A stretch of DNA of 64,000 bases from an uncultured Solirubrobacterales bacterium. Its GTDB lineage: Bacteria > Actinomycetota > Thermoleophilia > Solirubrobacterales > Solirubrobacteraceae. Made by a program: the position numbers and the translations under genes. Shown here in pieces: positions 1 through 10,035 of the stretch. The notes under the pieces were generated by a model. The model worked only from the letters and a program-made list of their open reading frames with translations. It made no database searches and had not been told where the DNA came from. The DNA is taken from the NCBI GenBank assembly GCA_963848745.1, contig CAWKEO010000010.1, forward strand, positions 2,020-66,019, read 5' to 3'. Each line of letters starts with the position of its first letter. The first letter of the stretch is position 1.

Positions 1-872
1 GCCTGTCTGCGAACAGAGCTTGCGCTCCTACGGGGCTCCGTCGCTGAAGCCCAGGCGGAGCTGGCAGCCGTACCGATCTCCGCCGGCGAGGGCTCGCCGC
101 AAGACCGTCTGCCGGAGGCGCTGCTGCGAAGTGAGGTAGCGCGGGTGACAGGCGAGCCGTTGCGGGCTTGCCGGCTTGCCGTCCTCGCTCTGGATACCGT
201 TCGGCCTGAGGTCCCGCGCTATGCGTGGCCCGTGGCGTGGGCGGGATTGCGAGCTGCCTGCGAGGCACCGAGTGATGAGGCCGACGGACTGGTGAGCCGG
301 CTTGAGACGGTGATGCGGCGGTTGCCCGCTGCCGTGCCCCCGGCGATTGCCGATCGTGCGCTGTGCGAGCTTGAGCTGGCGCGCTACCGCGGCTCGCTGG
401 CCCCCCAGATGTGCATCGAGGCTGTGCAGGTGTGTCGGGCCGCCCAGGACCCGTACCGGGTCGCCTATGCGCTACTGCGGCTCGGTGAGGCCGAGAGCAT
501 TGGCAAGCGCGACCCCCACGCGGCGACGATCGCGCTGAGCGAGGCGGCCGAGATCGCTTCGGAGTTTGGGGCGGGTTCGCTGCTCGAGTCGGTCCGCACG
601 ATGGCGCGACGCGCGGGCGTCGCGGTGTCCGGGGGCGATGACGCTGGCTCGCTCAATCCGCTCGGGCTGACCGCGCGTGAGCTTGATGTCCTGCAGCTGA
701 TCGCGGCCGGCCGGTCCAACGGGGAGATCGGCGAAGCGCTCTTTATCACCCGCAAGACGGCCAGCGTCCATGTGTCGACATTCTCGCCAAGCTCGGCGTC
801 GCGAGGCGTGGCGAGGCGGCGGCGATCGCTCATCGGGCCGGGCTGGAGTCTGGCGAGCTCGAACGCGCCTGA
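1..872 (+). CDS. LuxR-family (large ATPase/TPR-LuxR type) transcriptional regulator, 5'-truncated by the window edge, with a frameshift at ~779
   Basis: Frame is open from base 1. C-terminal LuxR HTH reads LTARELDVLQLIAAGRSNGEIGEALFITRKTASVHVS. The canonical continuation ILAKLGVARRGEAAAIAHRAGL lies in another frame and ends at TGA 870-872. Confidence 0.85.
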
Positions 873-925
873 GCGGCAAGACAGCCAGCGAGAGCCTTAG
901 GCCCCAGCACGCTCGATCAGCGGGC

Positions 926-991
926 CCTGAGGTAGCGGGACGTCGGCCTGAGGTACGGCGGGTCCCGGAAAGATTGGTCACCCTCCCGATG
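926..991 (+). promoter_or_regulatory. Putative regulator-binding region upstream of the Gly-rich gene
   Basis: Direct repeat CCTGAGGTA at 926-934 and 947-955 (21-bp period), followed by AAGATTGGTCACCCTCCCGATG. Confidence 0.35.
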
Positions 992-1050
992 CGGAGGGTC
1001 ATGACTTAGACGGATGCTTTGCCCAGCAACTCCGACGAAAGGGCAAGGCA

Positions 1051-2243
1051 ATGTTCAGCTCCACAACCCATCGATCCAACGAGCAGACGACTCACACGCA
1101 GTCGGTCGCCTCCGGTCAGCGTCGCGGCCGCTGGGGGCTCGCAGTCGCGACGACGCTCGCGCTCGCAGCCGCACAGGCCGCTCCGGCCACCGCGGCCACG
1201 ATCACGAATCAGGTGTTCGACCAATACACGGCCCTGGGCTCTACTACGTGACCGTCCCGAACGACGCCACGCAGCTGAATGTCACGTTGTACGGCGCAAG
1301 CGGTACCGACGGGCAGAGCGCCTCGGACTTTGGGATCGTGACCCCCGGCGGCCACGGAGGATTCGGCGCCGCCGTCAACGGTCAGTTCACGCTGTCCACC
1401 AGCGGGCTGGCAGCGCCTGGGCATACCCTGCTGGTCGTGGTGCCGAAGGCCGGCGAGGCCGGGGCAGGCGGGGCGCAAAACTCCGTGAACATGGGTGGAA
1501 CCGGTGGCAGCGGGGGCGGTGCCGCGATCCTGAGGGACACGAGCGCCCCCGGAGCGCCGGACATCGTCGTCGCCGGCGGTGGCGGGGGCGGCGCCGGTGC
1601 CGGCAACATCCCAGGGCTCACCGGCGGTAAAGGCGGTAACGGCGGCAGCGACGGCGGCTCCGGGGGTGGCGCCGGCGGCTCAGGTGGAACCGGTGGACAG
1701 GGCGTCACCTGCACCACGGCCGGGATGTACGGGACCGCGGGCGCGAGCGTCACATACTGGCAAAGCGGCGGCAGCGGCGGTGGCGGTGGCGACGGCTGGT
1801 GTGGCGGCCAGGGCGGCGCCGATGGCGGATATGGGAGCGGCGGCGGCGGCGGCGGCGGTGGCGGTGGCAGCTACACCGACCCGGCACTCGGAGCCAGCAT
1901 CAACAGCGTCGCGCCGGCGAGCCTCGACGGCGACGTCGGGCTCACGTTCACAACCCAGGACACAACCCCGCAGATCACCTCGGCCAACGCCACCGGGCTC
2001 CTCCACGCCGGCAGCCTCAACTTCGCCGTCACCGCCACCGGCTTCCCGGCTCCGCGGTACTCGATCACCGGTGCCCCGTCCTGGGTCTCGATCTACCCCG
2101 CGACCGGGCAGCTGCACGGAATCGCACCCGCCAGCGCGCATGGAAAGTACCGGTTCACGGTGATCGCGACCAACCCCGACCAGCCAAGCCTCCAGGCCAC
2201 GCAGCAGTTCACGCTGAACGTGTTCCCGGCACCGACTGGTTGA
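1051..2243 (+). CDS. Secreted glycine-rich protein with C-terminal putative Ig (He_PIG-like) domain, with a frameshift at ~1230
   Basis: Signal-like segment RRGRWGLAVATTLALAAAQAAPATA in the 1051 frame joins GPGLYYVTVP... in the 1014 frame. Long poly-Gly tracts (IVVAGGGGGGAG) precede an Ig-like end (PQITSA...FAVTATGFPAP...TGQLHG...YRFTVIATN...FTLNV). Confidence 0.75.
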
Positions 2244-2267
2244 CGCTCGTCCACCCGCGGAGCCGCA

Positions 2268-2303
2268 CAGCCCCGGCCGCCAAAGGGCGGCCGGGGCTGC
2301 TTC
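2268..2303 (+). terminator. Intrinsic terminator-like hairpin
   Basis: CAGCCCCGGCCGCC-AAAG-GGCGGCCGGGGCTG, a 14-bp perfect stem 25 nt after the stop codon. Confidence 0.7.
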
Positions 2304-2437
2304 ACGTGAACGACAGAAGGACAGAAGGGCGTGCCCCAAGTCGGCTGTACGTGTGGACGCGCCGAGTCAAGACGTCACTGGTGTCGGCTTGGACGAGGCG
2401 CCCGGGCAGCGTGGAGACCCGGCTAGGCTGGGCCTCG

Positions 2438-3010
2438 GTGGAGATCTCGCAGTACCGGATTGAAGCTCTCGATCAGTCGACTTGGGGAGCCTTCGCCCGT
2501 CTGGTTGAGGCCCACAACGGCATTTTCGGCGGCTGCTGGTGCATGGGCTTTCACGCTGACGACAGCCGAACCGACGCGGCACTGAACCGTGAACGCAAGC
2601 TTGCCCGCGTTCGCGCGGGCACCACTCATGCAGCACTCGTATTCGAGGGTGATGTGTGTGTCGGCTGGTGCCAGTTCGGCCCACCGGAAGAAGTGCCGAA
2701 GATCAAGAACAGGGCGGAATACGAGAAGGGTCTGACGGCACCGCCGGACTGGCGGATCGCCTGTTGCTTCGTCGGGAAGGGCCATCGGCGACAGGGTGTT
2801 GCCACGGCCGCGCTCGCCGGCGCGCTCGAACTCATCAACGGCCTCGGCGGGGGGACCGTCGAGGGTTACCCAGAGGACGCTGGCTCCGTTCCTGCCGGCT
2901 TCCTCTTCAACGGCGCGCTCTCGACCTATGAGAAGCTCGGCTTCATCCGCGAGCGCAAGATCGGCAAGCATCGATGGGTGGTGAGGCGGACCGTGGAAGC
3001 CGCGTCCTGA
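2438..3010 (+). CDS. GNAT family N-acetyltransferase
   Basis: GGCWCMGFH, VGWCQFGP, WRIACCFV, acetyl-CoA motif HRRQGVA, VEGYP and YEKLGF. Start taken as GTG 2438. Confidence 0.9.
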   Translation: MEISQYRIEALDQSTWGAFARLVEAHNGIFGGCWCMGFHADDSRTDAALNRERKLARVRAGTTHAALVFEGDVCVGWCQFGPPEEVPKIKNRAEYEKGLTAPPDWRIACCFVGKGHRRQGVATAALAGALELINGLGGGTVEGYPEDAGSVPAGFLFNGALSTYEKLGFIRERKIGKHRWVVRRTVEAAS

Positions 3011-3127
3011 CAGGACGCGTTGCTGAGGGCGCGCCCGGACAGGCCGCCGTGGCGCCGATCGCCTGGCCGCCCACTGCGCCGCCCGCGGGTGAGAAGCTGA
3101 CCGACCCGACCTGATGGAGCCGCGCCG

Positions 3128-4334
3128 ATGTTGGTGACCGAACACACGCTGACCGTCCCCCTCGACCACGACGATCCCGCAGGGCGAGAAGATCGAGGTC
3201 TTCGCCCGCGAGATCGCCGCCGACGACGGAGGCGATCGACCCTACCTCGTGTTCCTGCAGGGCGGCCCGGGCTTCGAGGCGCCGCGTCCAACCGCGTGGC
3301 CGCCCGCCCCGGCGTGGCTCGGCCGCGCGCTGCGCGACTACCGCGTCCTCATGCTCGACCAGCGCGGCACGGGCCGGTCGACGCCGTACGGGGCGCCCGG
3401 ACCGGACGCCAAGGCCGACGCTGAGCGGCTGACGCACTTCCGTGCCGACGCGATCGTCCGCGACGCCGAGTGCCTGCGCGAGCACCTGGGCGCCCGGCGC
3501 TGGAGCCTGCTCGGCCAGTCCTTCGGGGGCTACTGCTCGCTGCACTACCTGAGCGTCGCCTCTGACAGCCTGCGCGAGGTCTACATCACCGGCGGCCTGC
3601 CGCCTGTCGGTCGCTCGGCCGACGATGTGTACGCGGCGGCGTTCGCGATGATGCGTCGACTCAACGAGCGCTACCTGCGCCGGTTCCCCGGGGACCGGGA
3701 CCGGCTGGCCCGCCTGCTCGAGCGCTGCGACGCCGGCGAGGTGCGCACCCCGGACGGCGCCCCGGTGAGCCGGCGCCTGATGCGGACGCTGGGACACCGC
3801 CTCGGCATGGACGGCGGCGCGGACGAGCTCCACCACCTCCTCGAGCACGACCCGGCGACTCCGGCATTCCGGCACGACCTGGTCGCGATGCTTCCCTTCA
3901 ACGCCCGCAATCCGCTCTACGCGGTCCTCCACGAGTCAAGCTACGCCGATGGCGGCGCCACCCGCTGGTCGGCCGAGCGGATGCAGCCCGAGGACTTCCG
4001 CGGCGACTCGCTCCTGCTCACGGCCGAGCACCTCTTCCCGTGGCACTTCGAGGACTCCCCGGACCTCCGGCCCTACCGGGATGTCGCCGCCCTGCTGGCC
4101 GAGTACGAGTGGCCGCGACTCTACGACGCGAGCCGCCTGGCCGAGGCCGACGTCCCGTGTGCCGCCATCATCTATGCCGACGATCCGTACGTCCTGCGCG
4201 CATATTCCGAGGAGACCGCCGACCTCCTCCCGCGGATGCGCCGGTGGCTGACCAGCGAGTACCTGCACAACGGCCTGCGCACAGCGGGCGAGCATGTCCT
4301 CGATCGGCTCATCGCCCTCGCGCGCGACGCGTGA
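3128..4334 (+). CDS. pip: Proline iminopeptidase (alpha/beta hydrolase), with a frameshift at ~3183
   Basis: TVPLDHDDP followed in another frame by IEVFARE...LVFLQGGPG, DQRGTGRS, FRADAIVRD, nucleophile motif GQSFGG and YLHNGLR. Confidence 0.88.
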
Positions 4335-4347
4335 GCCCGGCCCTGGC

Positions 4348-5058
4348 CTAGGCGACCGGCGCCGGGTCGACTGTGTACGGCGCACCCAGGATCCAGCCTC
4401 CGCGGGACGGCAGCGGCAACGCCTCGTCGCTGAGCGTGACCGGATCGCCCACGGCGATGTCTCCGCGGCGGGCGACCCACGAGTTCAACGCGAGCTTGCC
4501 ACCGAACCGGCTGTTGATGTCGCGCAGAACGTCCGTGTCCATTTCGCCCGTGTCCGGATCGATGGTCGTGACGATGCACCGGCTACGCAGTGACTCGATC
4601 CCGATGATGCTCTGACCGATCCGCAGCGCGCGCCCGGGCCAGCTCCGCTCCGCTTGACCGCTGACGCCCCCGATGACGATGTTCGGACGCAGCCGGCGGC
4701 CATCGGCCCCGAACTCCGCGATGGCTCCGTCTGTGGCGACGAGCAGCGGCAGGACATCGAAGCGCTCGGGCCCGTCGTATGCCGCCAACTCGACCGGAGC
4801 ACGCGCCGCGGCGCGAACCTTGCGCAGGGAGCGTGGGTCATCCCAGGGCAGCCCGTCGATCTGGATCGTGCCATCGGCATCGGTCACGGCTGAGAGGCGC
4901 AGGAGACCGTGACGGGTTCGCGCGGTCACCACGCCGTGGTCGGAGCGCACGTGGATGACGCGGTCACCGGGGATTCCCGCCTCGGTGAGGTGGGCCGAGC
5001 GCAACCGCTCGCCGCCCAGGGACTTCACTGGGAACCGCCAGATTTCAGCCACGTACAT
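4348..5058 (-). CDS. MOSC domain-containing protein
   Basis: N-terminal IWRFPVKSLGGE, GIPGDR, RRLRPNIVI, RCIVTTIDPDTG and GDIAVGD. Confidence 0.88.
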   Translation of the reverse strand: MYVAEIWRFPVKSLGGERLRSAHLTEAGIPGDRVIHVRSDHGVVTARTRHGLLRLSAVTDADGTIQIDGLPWDDPRSLRKVRAAARAPVELAAYDGPERFDVLPLLVATDGAIAEFGADGRRLRPNIVIGGVSGQAERSWPGRALRIGQSIIGIESLRSRCIVTTIDPDTGEMDTDVLRDINSRFGGKLALNSWVARRGDIAVGDPVTLSDEALPLPSRGGWILGAPYTVDPAPVA

Positions 5059-5147
5059 CGCCGCGAGCTCCTTTTCGTCCGACCCGTCGTTCGGGAACCC
5101 TAATACTAACGCTCCATAAGCGCTCACAGCCGTTAGAATATCCGCAA

Positions 5148-5726
5148 ATGCGGATCCCGGAGCCAAGCTCTCAGGGGTGGTTGGCGATCGCGGCGGCCAA
5201 CACGGTGTACGCCGTCAGAGGCCAGACCCTCGACGCTGTCGAGGACCCGCCCCGGCTGCAGGACTGGATCGACCGCCACGTGGGCCCGCTCGCGGTCGAG
5301 CGGGCACGTCCGCTCACCGCGGCTGATCTGAACGCCTTCAGGCAGTTGCGAGGCGCGTTGAGATCGCTCCTGAACGCGGCCGCGACGGGCGAGCCCCCTG
5401 ACCCGGCCGCCGTCGTGGCCGTCAACGAGTCAGCCGCGCAGGCCCCGAGCTACCGAGCCCTCAGCGTCGTCGAGGGGCGATACGCGGTGACTCAGGAGTC
5501 CCGCGCCGGGCCGGCGGAGCTGGCGATCGCGATGGTTGCCGAGGACGCGATCGGGCTGCTCGGGTCCTCGCAGCGAGCCGAGGTTCACCTGTGCGGCGCA
5601 CCGCGTTGTGTGCAGTTCTTCCTCGACGACAACCACGGCCGGCGATGGTGCTCGCCCGCCTGCGGCAATCGCGCCCGGGCGGCGCGGCACTACCGGCGCC
5701 ACAGCGCGCGGGCGGATCATGGCTGA
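5148..5726 (+). CDS. ABATE / CGNR zinc-finger domain protein (putative regulator)
   Basis: AAANTV near the N-terminus and C-terminal CGAPRC...FFLD...RRWCSPACGNRARAARHY. Divergent from the MOSC gene. Confidence 0.9.
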   Translation: MRIPEPSSQGWLAIAAANTVYAVRGQTLDAVEDPPRLQDWIDRHVGPLAVERARPLTAADLNAFRQLRGALRSLLNAAATGEPPDPAAVVAVNESAAQAPSYRALSVVEGRYAVTQESRAGPAELAIAMVAEDAIGLLGSSQRAEVHLCGAPRCVQFFLDDNHGRRWCSPACGNRARAARHYRRHSARADHG

Positions 5727-5947
5727 CCCGGCCGTTCCCCGGTAGCGGCCCAGTGCTCAGCAGTCGCCTTTGCTTCGTCCTGTGAGTCGTGCTCGGTCCC
5801 GGCTCCGTAGTTCGAGCCGGTCAACCACCATCTGTCGGGCCGGCCCCTCGACATAACCCTGTTGATCGCGAGCACTCCCCCCTGCCAGTCGCGCGCGAGG
5901 AGCTGAGGGTTTCGGAGACCTCTGCCGACGAGCCGCCACTCGAGCAT
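5717..5947 (-). CDS. Small hypothetical protein (76 aa)
   Basis: ATG-started ORF filling an otherwise empty gap. Its composition is protein-like (Trp-rich, SQDEAKATAEHW) rather than the Arg/Pro-rich pattern of shadow frames. Confidence 0.4.
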   Translation of the reverse strand: MLEWRLVGRGLRNPQLLARDWQGGVLAINRVMSRGRPDRWWLTGSNYGAGTEHDSQDEAKATAEHWAATGERPGQP

Positions 5948-5994
5948 CGCGCGGCAGCGTAGCCCGTTTCTGCGCTACTGCCCGTTGCAGTCGA

Positions 5995-6012
5995 GTCCCA
6001 GAAACGTGGGAC
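5995..6012. promoter_or_regulatory. Palindromic operator/activator site upstream of the permease-amidase operon
   Basis: GTCCCA-N6-TGGGAC. Confidence 0.4.
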
Positions 6013-6039
6013 GCGCTGGTTGCACACCCCCGGCGGTGC

Positions 6040-7542
6040 GTGATACACGTTCCCGCGGTGAGCGGGGAGCTTGGACCCACCTCGGATGCCGTGAGGCCTG
6101 CCGCAGCGGCTGATCTGCGCCGCGACGCGATCGGGCTGCGCGAGGTCCTCTTTCAGAGCATCACCGACATGGCTCCTGGCGCCGCGATTGCGGCGTCGAT
6201 TCCCGCCGGCGCGGCGTTCGCCGGCGGCTCGCTCCCGCTCTCGGTCATCTTCGCGCTGATCGCGTGTCTGTTCTGCGCTTTCTGTATCGGCGAGCTGGCC
6301 CGCGAACTGCCCGCCGCCGGCTCGCTGGCCACCTATGCCGCCCGCGGATTGCATCCCTCGCTGGGTTTCCTCGTCGCCTGGGCCTACGCCTTCGAGGGAG
6401 CGCTGATCCCGCCGCTTGTGCTGCTGCAGCTCGGCTTCACCGTCGCCACCACGCTGCACAGCGAGCTGAGCGTCGCCACCGGTCTGTGGTGGCCGTGGGC
6501 GATGCTCGGGGTGATCGTCGTCGGGGCTGCCGGCTACTTCGGCATCCAGGCCTCGGCCCGGCTGGGCACGGTTCTGGGCGCGTTCGAGATCGCGGTGTTC
6601 GCGGTGCTTGGCGTGCTGTTCGTCGTTCATGCCGGCAGCGCGAACACCGGTCAGGTGTTCACCACCCACTTCACGCCCAAGGGCTACAGCGGGCTCACCG
6701 GCGTGTTCGCGGGCTCGGTGTACACGATCCTCGCCTTCGGCGGCTTCGAGGGTGCGGCGCCGCTGGCCGAGGAGGCCCGCGACCCGCGGCGCACGGTGCC
6801 GCGGGCCATCCTGCTGGCCACCGTGGGGATCGGGGTGCTGTACATCTTCACCACCTACGCGGTGACCGTCGCCTTCGGACCGGCCAAGTTCGCCACCTTC
6901 GCCACCACCGGGGCCTCGTCCTGGCAGGGGCTCGCTCGGGCGCTGTTCGGGGCGTTCTGGTTCTTCGTGTTTCTTGCCGTCGTCAACTCGACCGTCGCCA
7001 ACGCCAATGCCGGCGTCAACGTGGCCAGCCGCACGTCGTATGCGATGGGACGGGTGGGCGCGTTCCCGTCGTTTTTCGCCATGGTCAGCGCGCGGCACCG
7101 CTCCCCTCTCGTGGCGCTCGCCGTCACGCTGGCGATCACGCTCATCGTCACGCTCGGGCTCGGCTTCGGCTACGGCCCCACCACCGCGTTCGCGATGGTC
7201 GGGGCCGGCTTGGTGATCCTGCTCATCAGCGTCTACATCGTGGTCAACGCCGCCTGCATCGGCTACTTCCTGCGGGCCGGCCGCTTCCATCCGCTGCGGC
7301 ATGGACTCATCCCGGTGCTCGGCATCCTCGCCTTCATACCGGCCTGGCTGACCGCAACCGGCATCAAGGTGTTCTCGTTCATCTCGCCGCTGACGCCGCC
7401 GATTTCATACGCCGCCTACGCCGTCGCCGCGTTCATGGCCATGGGTGTCGTGTATCTGATCGCGCTCTGGCGGCACGACCGGCGGCGGGTGATCGACGTT
7501 GGCCTGGTCCATCTCGATCTCGCTCCCGAGGAGATCGTCTAG
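6040..7542 (+). CDS. APC family amino acid/amine permease
   Basis: About 12 hydrophobic segments with LARELPAAGSLATY, FGGFEGAAPLAEEARDPRRTVPRA and SRTSYAMGR. Confidence 0.92.
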   Translation: MIHVPAVSGELGPTSDAVRPAAAADLRRDAIGLREVLFQSITDMAPGAAIAASIPAGAAFAGGSLPLSVIFALIACLFCAFCIGELARELPAAGSLATYAARGLHPSLGFLVAWAYAFEGALIPPLVLLQLGFTVATTLHSELSVATGLWWPWAMLGVIVVGAAGYFGIQASARLGTVLGAFEIAVFAVLGVLFVVHAGSANTGQVFTTHFTPKGYSGLTGVFAGSVYTILAFGGFEGAAPLAEEARDPRRTVPRAILLATVGIGVLYIFTTYAVTVAFGPAKFATFATTGASSWQGLARALFGAFWFFVFLAVVNSTVANANAGVNVASRTSYAMGRVGAFPSFFAMVSARHRSPLVALAVTLAITLIVTLGLGFGYGPTTAFAMVGAGLVILLISVYIVVNAACIGYFLRAGRFHPLRHGLIPVLGILAFIPAWLTATGIKVFSFISPLTPPISYAAYAVAAFMAMGVVYLIALWRHDRRRVIDVGLVHLDLAPEEIV

Positions 7543-8459
7543 TGGCGGCACACCGGATCGCGCGCGATCAGGTCATCTGGGCGTTCGGGCCCGATCTGCA
7601 GCCGGTGCTCGAGGTCGATCCCGGGGACGTGGTCACCTTCGAGACCAACGACTGCTTCTCGGGCCAGATCCAGACCGAGCAGGATCTCGTCACCGAGATC
7701 GACATGAGCCGGATCAACAGCGCGACCGGGCCGGTGGCCGTCCGCGGGGCCGTGCCCGGCGATTCGGTGATCGCCGAGATCCTCGACGTACGCCCGATCG
7801 AGTGGGGAGTGGCGACCCTGATCCCCGGGTTCGGGCCGCTCATCGACAAGGTCACCGCGCCGCTGACCCGGCGCTTCGAGGTGATCGACGGCGAGGTCCG
7901 CATGAACGACCGGGTCCGGTTCCCGGCCCGGCCGATGGTCGGGGTGGTGGGGGTGGCCACCGCCGGTGAGGTGCTCTCCAACGGACTGGCCGGGCAGCAC
8001 GGCGGCAACCTGGACAACCATCTGCACGGTCCCGGGGCTCGCATCTTCCTCCCGGTCCGCCAGCCGGGTGCGATGTTCGCCGTCGGCGACATGCACGCTG
8101 CGATGGGTGACGGCGAGATCTGCTTCACCGGCGTCGAGATCGCCGGCGAGGTCGACGTCCGCTTCGACCTGCTCAAGGGCCGTCAGGCCACCTGGCCGGT
8201 CACCGAGCTCCCCGACCGCTGGCTCGCGCACGCCACCGCCGATGGCTACGAGGAGGCCCTCGCGCTCGTCTCCGAGGAGGCGAGCCGGCTGCTCGTCGAC
8301 CAGTGGGGGTTCACACTCGAGGACGCGTTCATCTTCCTCTCGGTGGCCTGCGACGCCGGCGTCGCGCAGGCGTGCAAGCCCGCGCCTGGCTTTGGCACGA
8401 TCGCGCGGTTCTCGATCCCCAAGCTGTCAGCGACGCCGGGGCCGTTCAAGACCGACTGA
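7542..8459 (+). CDS. Acetamidase/formamidase family protein
   Basis: PVLEVDPGDVVTFETND, TGPVAVRGAVPGD, PMVGVVGV, HGGNLD and GDMHAAMGDGEICFTGVE. The GTG start overlaps the permease TAG. Confidence 0.92.
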   Translation: MAAHRIARDQVIWAFGPDLQPVLEVDPGDVVTFETNDCFSGQIQTEQDLVTEIDMSRINSATGPVAVRGAVPGDSVIAEILDVRPIEWGVATLIPGFGPLIDKVTAPLTRRFEVIDGEVRMNDRVRFPARPMVGVVGVATAGEVLSNGLAGQHGGNLDNHLHGPGARIFLPVRQPGAMFAVGDMHAAMGDGEICFTGVEIAGEVDVRFDLLKGRQATWPVTELPDRWLAHATADGYEEALALVSEEASRLLVDQWGFTLEDAFIFLSVACDAGVAQACKPAPGFGTIARFSIPKLSATPGPFKTD

Positions 8460-8490
8460 GGATCACCCCTCGGCCAGCGGCGACGCCGGA

Positions 8491-9147
8491 TCAGTCAGCC
8501 CCCAGCAGCCCGTCGATGAGCATCTCGAGGTCGTCGCGGTACGTGTCTCGACCGTGCGCCGCCGACCACTCGAGCGCCGCCGCGGCGAGGGTCGGGTAGC
8601 GCTCGGCATCCGGGGCCCCGCGCAGCGCGCGCTGCTGACTGGGCGCCGGCGACGCGGCGCCGGCGCGCACGAGCAGCGCGCCCAAGGTGAAGTTCCACAT
8701 CACCCGGTAGGCGCGGACCGCCGCCGCGATCGAGAGGCCGCCCCGGCGCAGCGCGAGATGGATCTCCTCGATGGCCCCGAGCACCGACGGCGCCATCATC
8801 CGCCGCCGCGCCAGCACCTCCGGCACCCAGGGATGCTCGGCCAACGCCTCGTACAGCGTCGCCCACAGCACGAGGAGCGCGCCCGCAGGGTCTGCCGGTC
8901 GAGGCGGGAACTGCACTCGGGCGGCCAGGCGGTCGATGAGCACGACGAGGAGCTCGTCCCGGCTGCCCACGTGGCGGTAAGGCGCCATCGCCGACACGCC
9001 GAGCTCGAGTGCGAGTCGCCGCATGGTCAGCGCCTCGGCGCCCTCGGCGTCGAGCAGCCGCAGCGCCACGTCGAGCACCACGTCGCGGTCGATGGTGGCC
9101 GGGCGGCCTCGCCGGCGCGCAGCAGAGGGCGTGTCCTTGTCAGGCAT
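8491..9147 (-). CDS. TetR/AcrR family transcriptional regulator (TetR_C type)
   Basis: HTH reads LTMRRLALELGVSAMAPYRHVGSRDELL. Confidence 0.92.
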   Translation of the reverse strand: MPDKDTPSAARRRGRPATIDRDVVLDVALRLLDAEGAEALTMRRLALELGVSAMAPYRHVGSRDELLVVLIDRLAARVQFPPRPADPAGALLVLWATLYEALAEHPWVPEVLARRRMMAPSVLGAIEEIHLALRRGGLSIAAAVRAYRVMWNFTLGALLVRAGAASPAPSQQRALRGAPDAERYPTLAAAALEWSAAHGRDTYRDDLEMLIDGLLGAD

Positions 9148-9150
9148 TTG

Positions 9151-9164
9151 ATATACGCGTATAT
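9151..9164. promoter_or_regulatory. Putative TetR operator
   Basis: Perfect 14-bp AT-rich palindrome ATATACGCGTATAT in the 25-bp gap between the divergent tetR and VOC genes. Confidence 0.7.
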
Positions 9165-9172
9165 TAATCGAC

Positions 9173-9979
9173 ATGGCACACGGAACCCCCACCCTGGCAA
9201 CCGGGAAGCTCTGCTACCTCGAGATCCCGGCCACCGATGTCGAGCGCTCGGCGCGCTTCTACTGCGACGCCTTCGGCTGGGAGGTGCGCACGCGCGGCGA
9301 CGGTGAACTCGCGTTCGACGACGCGGTCAAGGAGGTGAGTGGCAGTTGGGTCACCGGTCGCCCGCCCTCGGCCGAGCCCGGGATCATGGTCCACGTCATG
9401 GTCGCCGACCTCGAGGCGGCGCTCGCGGCCGTCCACGCCGCCGGGGGCGAGGTGATCAGCAATGACGTCGCGCCGGGCGAGAAGGTCGGGCACATCCGCG
9501 ATCCGGCCGGCAACGTGATCGGCGTCTACGAGCAGCCGGGCCTGGCCGCGGCCGAGCGGGAGGTGCGCCCGGTGCCCGAGCACCTGCACACGGTCACTCC
9601 CCGGCTCGCGCTCAGCGACGCGGCGTCGGGAATCGAGTTCTACAAGGCCGCGTTCGCCGCGAGGGAACTGGGCGAGCGCTACCACATGCCCGACGGCACG
9701 CTCGTGCACGCCGAGCTGCTGATCGGGGACTCCGTCGTCATGGTCAAGGACGCCCAGGACGACGTCTTCACCGCGCTCCTGTGCACGTACTGGCCCGACG
9801 TCGATGCCGCCTGGGAGCGCGCCGTCGCTGCCGGAGCCGAGGTCGTCTACCCCCTGTCGGACCAGTTCTACGGTGAGCGAGGCGGGCGCGTGGCCGATCC
9901 GTACGGCAACCAGTGGATGCTCGCCTCCCGGACCGAGCTCCTCACCCCGGCCGATCTGGCCGCGCGAAAGCCGGCCTGA
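9173..9979 (+). CDS. Tandem VOC/glyoxalase (bleomycin resistance-like plus PhnB-like) protein
   Basis: Two VOC units: YLEIPATDVERSARFY...RDPAGNVIG and TVTPRL...FYKAAF...HAELLIGDS...FYGERGGRVADPYGNQW. Confidence 0.9.
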   Translation: MAHGTPTLATGKLCYLEIPATDVERSARFYCDAFGWEVRTRGDGELAFDDAVKEVSGSWVTGRPPSAEPGIMVHVMVADLEAALAAVHAAGGEVISNDVAPGEKVGHIRDPAGNVIGVYEQPGLAAAEREVRPVPEHLHTVTPRLALSDAASGIEFYKAAFAARELGERYHMPDGTLVHAELLIGDSVVMVKDAQDDVFTALLCTYWPDVDAAWERAVAAGAEVVYPLSDQFYGERGGRVADPYGNQWMLASRTELLTPADLAARKPA

Positions 9980-10035
9980 CCCCGCGTGCCTCACCGGCGG
10001 ACCAGGCCGCCGGCGAGGCTGTGGGGGGTGCGGCC

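Noticed and set aside
1570..1870. (GGC)n tandem repeats
   Set aside because: They encode the poly-Gly tracts of the secreted protein and are not an independent repeat element.
6264..8459. Apparent 731-aa fusion ORF ending in acetamidase (likewise 1799-3010, 27426-28346, 39821-42487, 61336-63138)
   Set aside because: The N-terminal extensions are stop-free shadow frames over the upstream gene. Real starts lie at the motif boundaries given in the features.
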